From NCBI GenBank assembly GCA_013265495.1, contig MU058824.1, positions 4,553,111 through 4,617,110 on the forward strand: 64,000 nucleotides of DNA, in the 5' to 3' direction. The notes beneath the pieces are model-generated. The model saw only the letters and a list, made by a program, of their open reading frames with translations, searched no databases and had not been told where the DNA came from. Source of the DNA: Vicugna vicugna (Eukaryota). Shown one piece after another: positions 37,254 to 49,200 of the stretch. Numbering within the stretch: the stretch's first letter is position 1; every line of letters begins with the position of its first letter. The position numbers and the translations under genes are program-made.

Positions 37254-38239
37254 ATGGAGGGGGCCAACCAGATGGCTATGACAGAGTATGTCCTGCTGGG
37301 GCTACACGAGCACCATAACCAAGAGGTGGTCCTGTTTGTGCTCTGCCTGGGCGTCTACTCCATGAACGTGCTGGGGAACTCCCTCCTTACTGGGCTGAAT
37401 GTGCTGGACCCCCATCTGCGTAGCCCCATGTACTTCTTTCTCAGCAACCTCTCCCTCATAGATATCTGTGGCATGTCCTCCTTTGTGCCTCTCATGCTGG
37501 TCAACTTCCTGGAAACCCAAATGACCATCTCCTTCCCTGGCTGTGCCCTGCAGATGTACCTGACCCTGGCGCTGGGCTCCACCGAGTGCCTGCTCTTGGT
37601 TGTGATGGCGTACGACCGTTACGTGGCCATCTGCGGCCAATTCGGTACTCAGAGCTCATGAGCAGGCAGACGTGTACGTGGATGGCAGCATTGAGCTGGG
37701 GGACAGGCTTTGTCAACTCCCTGCTGCATTCCACTCTCACCTGGAGCCTCCCCTCCTGTGGCCACAATGTCATCAACCACTTCTTCTGTGAGATCTTGGC
37801 TGTGCTGAAACTAGCCTGTGGGGACTTCTCTCTCAATGTGCTGCTAACAATGGTGGCCACAGCTGTCCTGATGCTGGCCCCACTGCTGCTCATCTGCCTG
37901 TCCTACGTTTTCATCCTTGCTGCCATCCTTAGGGTGCCGTCCGCTGCCAGCCAGCGCAAAGCCTCCTCCACCTGCTCTGCCCACCTCACAGTGGTGGTAG
38001 TCTTCTATGGGACTCTCTCCTTCATGTAATTCAAGCCCAAGGCCAAGGACCCCAACTTGGACAAGATTATTGCATTGTTCTACGGGGCCGTGACGCCCTT
38101 CCTGAACCCCATCATCTATAGCCTGAGGAATGCAGAGGTGAAAGCTGCCACCAAAGCTCTGCTGAGGGGAGACCTGCTCTCCAGGAAAATGGCCCATTTC
38201 TCCTGCTGCTCTCCAACGCCCTCAGGCAGGACAGGCTAG
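37254..38239 (+). pseudogene. OR13E1P: OR family 13 pseudogene, probable OR13E1 orthologue
   Basis: MEGANQ...SPMYFFLSNLS...MAYDRYVAIC, then a 1-bp deletion at about 37634-37635 and a premature TAA at 38027-38029 (expected TAC). The frame continues FKPKAKD...[16 protein letters not shown] to TAG 38239. Symbol assigned by recalled synteny. Confidence 0.88.
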
Positions 38240-40399
38240 GTTCTACAGTGGGCACAGCTTCAAAATCTCAGTGGCTTAAAACCACAAAGGTTTCCCTCTC
38301 CCTCATGCTGCAGGTCTGTGAGAGGTTGGCTGGGGGATCTGCTCTGCATCAGCGTGTTCATCCCTCTGGGACTCAAGATGATAAACAGCTACCGTGCAGC
38401 ACATTGCTGGTCAAAATGACAAAAGGGAAAAAGAAAGTGACAAAGCCTGCACTGATTCTTAAAGCCTCCACTTAGAAGTGACAGGTTATTTCCACTCCCA
38501 CCTCACTGGCCAACGCAAGGCATGAGGCCACGGCTAATACCAAGTGGGAGGGTTGCACGTGCCCACGCATCTGGAGGGAGGGGGAGGACTGAAGAATTTC
38601 AAAGAGCGTAATGACAGCCACAGTATCCTACAGCCAACCCAGGAGCTACTAGAGATTTCTAGAGCCTCCTTTTCTCTGGAGGTTTATCATCCCAGGAAAG
38701 CTCTGGTTGCTTACCTGTGGTGGCTCTGGATTGGTTGAGCTAACTTGGTTGGAACTGTGCCTCCCAGAGTTTCCTGCTCTGTGAAGTTCTGAGTTAGGCT
38801 GACCACAAGAGAAATCTGCATGAGATCTGAAAGGCAAAAGCCAAGCAGCCCAGACGCGGTGGAAGCGCTCACCTTTCTGTTAGTGCAGCCCCTCCTAGGG
38901 CTCCTGCATCCCCGCCTCCAGCTGCTCTGAGCCCTGCTCCATGTGCAGCTCCAGGGCAGAGAGTGTCAGCTTCTCCTGCAGGTCACAGTGTCACTGCGGT
39001 TGAAGGAAGGCAGGGAGGGCCAAGCACAGGTGCCAGCTTGTCCTCCTGGGGGGTAGTCTGTCCTCTCTGCCCCCTTTATGCCTGCCAGCCCAGATGACCA
39101 AGAGAGGCTTCAGATCCAATACCAAGGGCAGAGGCACAGCTCTGCACAGACTTCTCCAATTGCTCCCTCAATTTACAGGTCCGTTCTCCGCAACAACTCC
39201 CTTATATCACTCAGAGTGGTCCTGCTACTTTTTGGCCAAACCCTGGCCAAACTCTTCTGATCAAGAACATACCATGGCTACCTACTACTACAGTATGAAG
39301 CCCACATTCTTCAGCTGAGTCCTCAGGCCCTCTGGAACCTGGCCCCCCTGCTTCTTCAGCCTGATGCTCCACTAATCCCCTTCACACAGGCTGACCTCCT
39401 CACTACAGTATCTGTACTGCCCGTACCTCGGTGTCTTGCTCACACTGTTCTCTGGTGAGACCTCGGACTATTTTTCAAAGCCAGCTTAGACACCGTCTCT
39501 CCTACGCAGCATTTCCTGGAGCACTTTGAAGGAGTTCTCTTTCCTTTTCATCCAACAGCACTTCGTTGGAAACTTTTGCTTGGTATTCATTCCATTCTGC
39601 TTTGCATTCATGATATTTCACCACAATGTGGGCTCCTTGAGGGCAGGATTCAACCAGTCCAACTCATCTCTGCAGCTCCCACAGAGCTTTCCCTAGAGAG
39701 GGTTTACTGAACTGAACTGTCACTCAGAAACCCTCACATTGTCACATTTAGGATTGAATCCTGCACTACTGACCCTGCCCTAGGCAGCTGTTGGCAGTCA
39801 GGGGTCTTAGTCTGATTGTGTGGACAGAAAAGAGCAGGGAAGCAGCAGTATCTGCTGGCCACAGCCCTGTATTCCAGGAAGTCACCAAACAAGCCAGGAA
39901 ATAACAAATGACCCCATCTGGGGAGCCAGGAGTCCAGGGTTCTAGACCTGGTTTAGCTGCTTTGCCCAGTACAGTGTTCTGGCTGGCTCTCTCCCTCCAG
40001 GAATCCCACAGGCTCCTCCAACTCAAAATGTCCAAAACTGAACTCATCATTCTGTCTCCCAAAGGTGTGATACCATCTCAGGGAATAGCACCAACACCCC
40101 CCAAGTCACCAAGCCAGAAACATGGCAGTCATCAGAGGCCGTCTCATCCCTCACTGACCCACACATCCAGTCAGTCACTAAGTCCTATGGATTCGACCTT
40201 GTAACAGCTTCTTGAGTCAGTCCCCTCCCTTCCACTGACATCACCTTAAGAAGCCTTCACTATTTCTCTCTCAAATAGAGCAACAGCTATGTCACTGCAC
40301 TTTCATCCTCCAAACTCGCTCCAAAGTCTGTCCTCTACACTAGCCATCAAAACACCAATCTGAAAAAAAAAAAACCCACCAATCTGATCATGCAACTCT

Positions 40400-40802
40400 C
40401 CTGCTTAAATCCCTCCAAGAGGCCACTGCCCATTTCCCATAGGATGAACAGCAGATGCCACCTGTCTGCCCAACATCATCCTTGGCTACCTGCCTCCACC
40501 CCAACTCCACCCACACACGCCCTCCAGGCCCAGGCACACTGAACTATTCCCAACTCCCCGGTAAGTATCAGTCTTTTCTAACTCCGTGTCTCCTCCTTGT
40601 ACCTGCTTAAATCCCTCCAAGAGGCCACTGCCCATTTCCCATAGGATGAACAGCAGATGCCACCTGTCTGCCCAACATCATCCTTGGCTACCTGCCTCCA
40701 CCCCAACTCCACCCACACACGCCCTCCAGGCCCAGGCACACTGAACTATTCCCAACTCCCCGGTAAGTATCAGTCTTTTCTAACTCCGTGTCTCCTCCTT
40801 GT
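40400..40802. repeat. Perfect tandem duplication, 2 x 201 bp
   Basis: 40400-40600 reads identical to 40602-40802, separated by one A. Confidence 0.95.
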
Positions 40803-42867
40803 TGCTGCTTCTCATGTCCAAACACTTCTTGACCTTTAGTTAACATGTACTGGATACTTACCACATACCAGGCTAGGCACTATGCTGCGTTCTAAGTGCG
40901 TTCCTGACTGAGACCAGATGGGATGATGGAAATCTCAGGGGAGGAATGCAATATAGATCCTGGTGACCAGAGAGAACACTCTCCCAATATCTTGGCATTA
41001 TTAATCTCATTCAATCTCCCTCAATGCCCTCCATACCCCAGCTTCCAGAAAGCCCCTTCTGACCCCTCCTAGCTGGGCAGGGTCTGTCCCAGCTCTGTCT
41101 CCCTCTTCATACTCTGCTGTGTCCTGAATTCCAGTTATTTGGGTTCAAGTGTCCCTAGTAATCTGACTCTACATCCTAATGTGATGGAATAATATTTCTG
41201 ATACAGAAATAGACTTCTAGCCCACATCTCTCATTCCTTCTCACCATTCAGCTGGCCACATCATGCTCTGCTCAGTGCCCCACGGAAGAGATGTGATTGC
41301 AGAAAGCAGACAATAAAGAGATGTCGTCCTGGCGCCTGGCTTTTGAGTTTCAAAAGCCTAGGCTCTAAAGGGAACAGAAGAGACCTAAGGCATAAACAAA
41401 ATCTTTGGGAGAAAGCATAAGGAAAAGTAGGCTTTTCACCTCCAGATGAATAAGATTCCCTAAGCCAGGGAGAAGGAAGAGAGAGGAGGAGGGGACATTG
41501 TGAGAGTGTTGGCACAAGAGGGCTCCCAAAGGGAAGGGCCCTAAGACCCATTCTCCAGGCCAAGACCCTGGATGGGTTTCCAGGATCTGAAAACTGGAAC
41601 AACTCATGCCTTGATGGTCAAATAAAATGCAGAGCAGGATCCCAGGAAATAGCTTCAAGGTGTGTCTAGGGATCCAAGGTCTCACAGGTCTTTGCAGATG
41701 GCACAGAAGTGATGGAGAGAGCCTCAGGACTGAAAAGGATTATGCAGACGGAGACAAGAAACCACTCTGGGATGACCTGCCTGCACTGCTGATGGGTGAC
41801 CAGGTAGGATGACAGAAATCTCAGGGGATGGCTGCAGTTTGGACCCTGCTGACCAGAGGGAAGGCCTTCCAACATCTTGGCATTATATAAGATCCTCGGG
41901 ACTCAGCTGTGACCTTTGTAGAAAGAGAAGAAATCCCAAAATGACAAAAGATTATGTTTCTGGCATGCAGGCAAAATGGGGGCTCAAAATAGAAGTAACA
42001 TTCTTCTGATATTTCTTGCACATCTGAGATCTGTACCTGCTAGCCCAATTTCCTGAGCCCTCAGCTTCCTTCCCTGTTGGTGTGGACACCACAAGGGAGG
42101 TCTGTCTCACTGATTTAAATCATCACAGCACGTCCGCACGCGCACCCCTCGCTGCTCCCAGCTGCTGCAGCCTGACATGATAGGGCAAGAGCCTCAAGCA
42201 GTAGCTTCAGAGGCTCATTCCAGCTGGGCTGTCAGCCCTGCTGGATTTCCACAAGGTCCTCGTTCCTTCCCCTCCCCATACCCTTTGCCCCCAGGAAAAA
42301 AGGCAGTACAGAACCAGCAAGTACTTCATTGGAGACACAAAGACTCCACCTGCATCAACTCAGGATACCAGCCACGGCAGCCCCAGCCCCAGCCCCGGCT
42401 GTCCTGCAATCCCCTCCCAGCACAGCACAGCCCAGATGCTGCCGCTGGGAGGGAGCCCTAAGGCCAGAGTTGCTGAGCTGCTGGGAAGATTCGGAGACTC
42501 AGCTTCCCCAAGATGCACTCCATTCCATCAGGGATGATGCCATGTCCTGAGATGGCTCTGTCTCCCTGGGAAGAAATCCATGTCCTCGGGGGGGGTCCAC
42601 ACCCCTAGGAGGGGCTCCTTGGTCCTCAGGGGGCTCTGCGGCCCAGCACAGGCTCCAGTCCTTTAGATGCAGGAGGACTCCAGGCCCTCGCGAAGTGTGC
42701 CAGGTCCCTGGAAGAGTCCATGTCCTTCAGAAAGACTCCATATCCTCAAGAAATACAACTTGTCTCTTACCCCCGAGAGGGCTCCATGCTCCCAGGAAGA
42801 ACCCCAGGAAGGGCTCTCTGCCCCTAGGAAGGGTCTACGTTCCCCAAGGGCCAGCCCAAAGCCCCTC

Positions 42868-43203
42868 TCAGCTGGCACAGATGCTGCTGACTGTGGCCCC
42901 TCCTGGGCCCACAAGGCCCAGCTCCTCCTGCTCATTGATGCACAGCTGGTAACCGCAGCCCCGGGCCCGGGCTCCAGATGGGACTCGGCGATCAGTCTTG
43001 GCACGAGGGGGCAGCAAGAAGCCCACACTGCCAGCGATGAGCATGTGCCAAATGCTGTGGATGTAGAAGTAGTTGTCTCGGGTTTCCACAAAAGCGTAGA
43101 GCAGGACGGCACTGCCTGCAATAAGGCTGCCTGGGCACAGGTAGAAAAGCCAGCGGCGCCACGTGGGTGGGTAGCAGTGCCGGCGGCGGACGCTGCGTAC
43201 TGT
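42868..43203 (-). CDS. TMEM8B: TMEM8B terminal coding exon ([13 protein letters not shown]...SSICAS*)
   Basis: Acceptor ctcag; TGA at 42870-42868. Confidence 0.95.
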   Translation of the reverse strand, partial: TVRSVRRRHCYPPTWRRWLFYLCPGSLIAGSAVLLYAFVETRDNYFYIHSIWHMLIAGSVGFLLPPRAKTDRRVPSGARARGCGYQLCINEQEELGLVGPGGATVSSICAS

Positions 43204-46200
43204 CTGAGGGAGGCAGAGAAGTGCGGCTCAGGAAGGTGAGGCCTTGGAGCCCTAGCCAGAGCCAGTCACTCTGAGGCTTCCCCTGAGCCCTGCTTGTGAC
43301 CTGAAGGCACCTGCCAAGACTGGAGTTGGGCACTGACCATAGGATCCAAGCCCACCTTCCTTAAACTGGAAACCAGATACCCAAGTCTCTGCACCCAAGT
43401 CCTGCTGGGGCCTCCCCTCTCCCCCGGCCCTCCCAACCTTACCCAGGCTGTGGCCAAGATCCCCAGGGCAAAGAGGCTGGGTCCAAGTAGGTTCCAGAGT
43501 CCATGCCGGTCAAGCTGCAGAGCCATGGACAGCAGCATAGCCCCCAGCAAGTACAGCACCTAGAGAAAGAGGTCTCCAGGGGCTGGGCCAGGCAGTGAGA
43601 GGCACTTGGCAATGCCTCCGGGGGAGGATGGGAGTGGGTTTCACCTAGACTTTGTCCCCCGGGGCCCACTCTGGACTGACCTGCTTGACCACAGGCTGTA
43701 AACGAGCCATGGCAATGACAGTGACCCACACGGACATTAAGGAGCCCAGGAAATCACAGAACTGCAGCACATCGTAGTCCATGATGCAGAAAACCACAAT
43801 GCCTGGCTGGTCACAGGCATGGTAGAACTGGGGGGAGAAAGGACAGGCATTGAGAGAACGTGGGGCAGAGGTTCAGGTCCACAAAGCCGGAGAGAGAGGC
43901 CACGAGGGAAGTCAGAGGACACAGACTAAGCAGAACTGGGAAACGTCCGACCCCACTCCTGAGAAGAATATGGTAGAGAGGCCCAGTCTCTCTCAAGCTG
44001 AATGTATTTGGCAGTCCTGACCCTCACCCTCACCTTCCTAATCTGCCTGCTTCTGGAATGTGCTGTGGAGAGCACCAGGCCAGGGGGTCCAGATCTCCCA
44101 GGCTGAGGCCAATCCTTGCCTAAATCTCCTTGTGCTCACATAGGTTGTCCCACCTATAACCTTGGCCAATCTGGACCCCAAGCCTCCACCACACCCCAGT
44201 CTCTCCTGGTAGCTCAAACTCTGAGTTATGCTTCACCTTCAGACCTTGCACTAACTGGCCCTCTGCATCCCCTCCCACCCAATGCCATGGGCAGGGACAC
44301 AGTAAGAAAAGAGGCAGTCCCTAAAGCCATGGAGAAGTGCATGGCACTTTACAGCATGGGGAAGAACATGGGGAAGGGACAGTGTTCACCCACCCTACAC
44401 CATGGGAAACACGGTAAAGAACAGAGTGCTGAGGAACTTAAAAGGGGGTACAGGGGACACAAATAGAACTGGAACAAGCTATACTGGGCACCCCAGTTAA
44501 GAAACCAAGGTCTCCTGTCAGCCCTTGGGTCTGTGGTCTCCACTCCTGTGCCTCTCTAAACGATGCTATCACGGCCTCGGGCAGCCTGCATCCCCTTATT
44601 TGTGAAAAGGGTTACCCAAGGAGAACTTGAATTCAAGTTCATTTTGTCTTGGAACATTTGCTGTCACCTTTCTCTAAACTTCTGAATATAATTTATGTGA
44701 TTTGAGTACTTATTGATGCCAAACACTAAGACCACATATGGTTTTAAGAATATCTTTGAGGCAAAGATGACAGGAACACGCCTCCCTCTGTGTCATGTGC
44801 CTTACGAGCCCATCCAGAGAAAAGAAACTGGGTAGGACCTCTGAAAACAAAAAGCTCTGTCCGAGATCAAGCATCACAGTGGCACGCTCACTCCTGCCAT
44901 CTCCTGACAGCATCCCTGCTAGATGTCAGGAAGAATAGGTTGTTATGGTGATGGAAGCAGGGTTAAGAAGAAAATCTCAAAGCTGTAATGGGAAAAGAAA
45001 AGGTTTTGACCTATATAAACTTGATCAAAATCTACTCATCGGAGCTGAGCTTCAGACATGCCAGCAGATTTTAGGGGATCAAGAAAGTTTCTTAAGATTC
45101 TGTGAATCAATCTGTTTGACCTCTGTCCCCTGCACTGTACCCCAGTGCTCAGGGAGCCATGGCTACTGAGGGCATCTCTTGATAGGAGAGACAACCCTGT
45201 GTAATTGCCAGGATTGGGCTGAAATGCATTTGGCTGAACTGAAGCTGGGGCAGGAAGGCTAAGCATTTACCATCCAAAGGTAGCCTCTGAAGTGGCCTGA
45301 TCACTAACTGGAGGGGCCCTTTAGTCACTACTTTCAGCCTACATCAGTTTCTTCATCATGCTATTAATAGGCAACCCTAAGTCACAAGGGCTCTGAGCCC
45401 AAAAAAGAGGTGGCCTTACAGACTTCAGTGAGACAGGTATCCAGGCCTCTAGAGGCACGGCTCTGGGTGTGGTTGTGATATTCAGTCCACAGCTGAGGAC
45501 AGGGACAGTGGAGCAACACAAGTTGTCCATTCACTGACAGCAATAGGGTCTCAGTAACTTCTGAGGAGAGTGGAAGTGAAAGAAATCTAGTCTCCTATTT
45601 GAACAAGTTAGAGTTGAGAACAAGAAGGTGGCAGTGAGGTCAGGAAGCAGAGTTCAGGGAAAAGGAGCGTTATATCCTGAACCTGTATCACAAACCATGA
45701 CACTCCAATTTCAATCACATAGCAGAGCCGTTAAATAAAAGCGAGTGGGAAACGGAAGCAGGTCTGTTGTGAAAACTGACAGAATCCAGACCAGATGTAG
45801 AGGTGCCCCCAGTAGAATTCCCCCAACAGAATGGAAAAACAGACTCAAAAGTTCAGTCTCAAGAGACAAAGGATGAGGAAGAAACTGCTAATGTTTCTTT
45901 TCAACCTGTTGAAGATTGCACCTGTCATTCAAATTACAAAATTTATAACTTTAACCAACAGAGGAGAAAGGGTGAACAATATAAGAGCTATAAGATAATA
46001 AAAATTATTATTACATAATATATAATCTTTTAGTATTATTATCTTGTAGCCCTTATATTATATAATAGTATTATATAACATATAGCCCTTATGTAATATA
46101 AGGGCTATAAGATAATAATATAAGGGCTTTATATAAGAAGATAGGAGTTTAGAAAAAGAAATTTTAAAAAAACTTAGGGATATTAACTGGAATTGCAAAA

Positions 46201-49200
46201 CCCTGGGTTCAATTCCCTCAAATTTCAAACTGCAGGTCTTAAACTTGTGTATCTATCTTCTTTCTTTTCCTTCGCTTCAGAGGTAAAGCATGTTGTCCCT
46301 TCAGGAAGAGCCTGTTTTGGAATGATTGCGTTTTAAGTGAGTATCCCAGGCTTTAGAGAGGGTTTACAAGTCTGGGGACATGGATCCTTCTCATGTATTA
46401 TTAAATTGAGAAAATGAGTTCTGACTGGGAAACTCTGACTTTTCATATGGGTCCACATCAGCATTAGAATTAATGCTTGAATATGCCAAAAAGGTTTATT
46501 TTCCAATTCTTTCTTTCTCATATGTTATTAATTGGGAGTTAATTTGGCTCCTAAACAAATCAATATTTTGGTCTTTTTCTACTTCTCTACTTCCAAGACC
46601 AGATACAAGTACTACAGCTCACTGAATTACCCAATACTGTTTTATGATTTGAATTTTATTTCAAAGTATTAATTTTACTTTGCAGCTTCACCAAGCACTT
46701 GATCCATATGCCTGACTTTCAAGCATATAGAAGGAATTGGCCAAACATTTCTGGAATAAACCCTTCAACCTCAAATAAGAGAGGATATATGCCAGCAGAA
46801 AAAAAGCAAAGCTGAATAACTTAATATTGAAAACACATCTAAGAAAGTAATTAATTGAAGGCTGATTTCCTCCTAAGAATTTCCGCACTGAAAAAAAAGA
46901 GTGGGGAAAAATGGAAAAATCAGCTCTGAAGCAGACTGGAGGGAAATCATCTCTCTAATATTCTATGACTGATTATTCTCCAAGTACACTAAGAGGTCAG
47001 AGAGATTAAGGTCATAGAAAACATGTAGGAGTAGAGTCCAATTAAAATTACCGTGTGAAGTGAACAACATGATCTACACTTCACCAGTACTGATCTGGCA
47101 ACTGTCACTGCTGAATGTCCGAAAATGCCATCAGTGAAGTCCATCACTGACTCCCTCACAGGGCACGATTCACTAGGGAAACCGGCCAACAACTTGTGGC
47201 AGCTTACTTCATTGAAACTTCTCAACCCTGAGGAGACAGCATCTTGTCATCATATATTCTAGGTATATATCTGTCTCTTCTACCCACAGTGCTTCAGCCT
47301 GCTTTATTATTAATACATGGAGCAGAATCCATTATCTATTGCCATGGCACCCCATCTATCACCATCTCTAACCAGGAGACACAATTTATAGTAAATAAGG
47401 TAAAGCAAATTGCCCACCATCATAGATTTCACTGGAGTAACCATTTATCCATAACCTAGAAGCAACTGGCTCAACAGAACTCTGGAATGGGCTACTGAAG
47501 GCTGAGTCATGTACAGTGGCACCTGGGAGACTCTACCCTGAATGTCTGGAATACTCTCCTGTCTGTTTGGCACACAGTATGTGCTCACTAAGGTTTTAGT
47601 CATCTTACACTTCATGCCATGTATACTCATGGAAGAATATCCCCACACCAATAAACTTTCCCCCGTGCAAAAAAAAAATATATATATATACACATATATA
47701 TACATACATATATACATATACACACAAAAATATGTTGCAGTATTGTCTCACTGAAAATTGTGGACTAATTTTTAGATTAGTATTCCCATTGTCAATAGCA
47801 TTAAAAAGAAGTGGTAGAAATAACACAGAAATATTGGGGGATTTAAGAAGAGAAATTCAGACTACAAATTGGCTTCTATCAGTGTAATCTAATCTAATTT
47901 GACACTTTCCTCAGCTTTGCATTTTTTTTTACTTAAAAGGTAATTTTGGAAAATTATCCTAAATTGTTTTTTTCCTGTGGATTTTATATTTTTATAACAT
48001 AACTACACAGTTCATCTAATGCTCCAAAACAGAGTATCCAGGCAGTACAGAATTTAAAACTGGAAATGCAAATATACTCAATCCAGGCAATCCAGGAATA
48101 TTAGCACTCAAGATAGAAAGAAACCTATTGCTGTTTCTTATTTTCTGCTTCCGTTTCCCCTTGGCAACAGTCATGGAATTTTGCCAAGGGACATTGAGTA
48201 TTACTTGTATGATGCTATGAGAAACAGAAGAGGTAATAAGGAGGTAGACTTGCAGCCAGGATCTCAGCGATCAGCTAGGGGGCTGCAGGGGCCCCAGGAT
48301 GTCAGCTCTGTCTGGGTCTTCTGGGATCCAATAATGAGGACTCAAGTAGCCCTGCAGGACATGTGGCTTGAACCATATGGGTTTCAGGTGCAATGCCTGT
48401 TTTATTTTCCCTGTGATTTCTTGTATTTGGTTTAGTTATATTTTCTGATCTTTTGAATGGCTCTTCTTACATTTTAAGAATTTGAGAACTACTAAACCAA
48501 GGTCATAAGTTTCTCTGTATACTCCAAGAATTCTGAGAAACTGAAGTCAGTTTAGAAAAGTATCAATGCATACTCACTGTCCTGGTGCAAGGGGAACACT
48601 ACAGCTCAGTGATTACATGAGAGGCTCTGGAGGCAGGCTGAGTGAGAATTTTGGTTGTACCACTCAACTCAGACCTTAGGTAAAGTATTTAAATTCATCT
48701 GCAAAAAAGGGATGATGACAATATAGTATTACAATATTATTATTATTGTATTACCTATTACCTATTATTACAATATTATTGGGGGGAGTTGATGAGCAGT
48801 GTCTGACACACAGCATGTACTCAGGAGATGTTATTTTTCTGTTAGTGTTATCTGAACTGTCCAGCTAGATACAAAGTACTGGGTTTGTGGCCTGTTTTTT
48901 TCTTAACATATTTTACATATTTACATTTTGCATTTTAAACTCCTGAAGAACAGAGCTACCAGGCCCTGGATGGGACCTGACGCACTACTCCAAGGTTTTG
49001 AAGACAGGGAAGACTGTCATCTACTGTGCTGGTACTGATACCTTGATATGACCAACGGGCCTTTAGATGGAGGATACAGAGGAATGAAATAAGTCTAAAC
49101 TAAATAATGAATGGGAAAGAGGGATACCAGGGAACCTCCCTGGGAAAACTGAATCACAAGCAGCTCTCCATTTTGGCCCTTGTGGAAAAAGAACAGGACT

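Noticed and set aside
42667..43239. 190-aa plus-strand ORF and similar ORFs at 50582-51139 and 55479-55859
   Set aside because: Antisense to GC-rich TMEM8B exons, with no independent coding signal.
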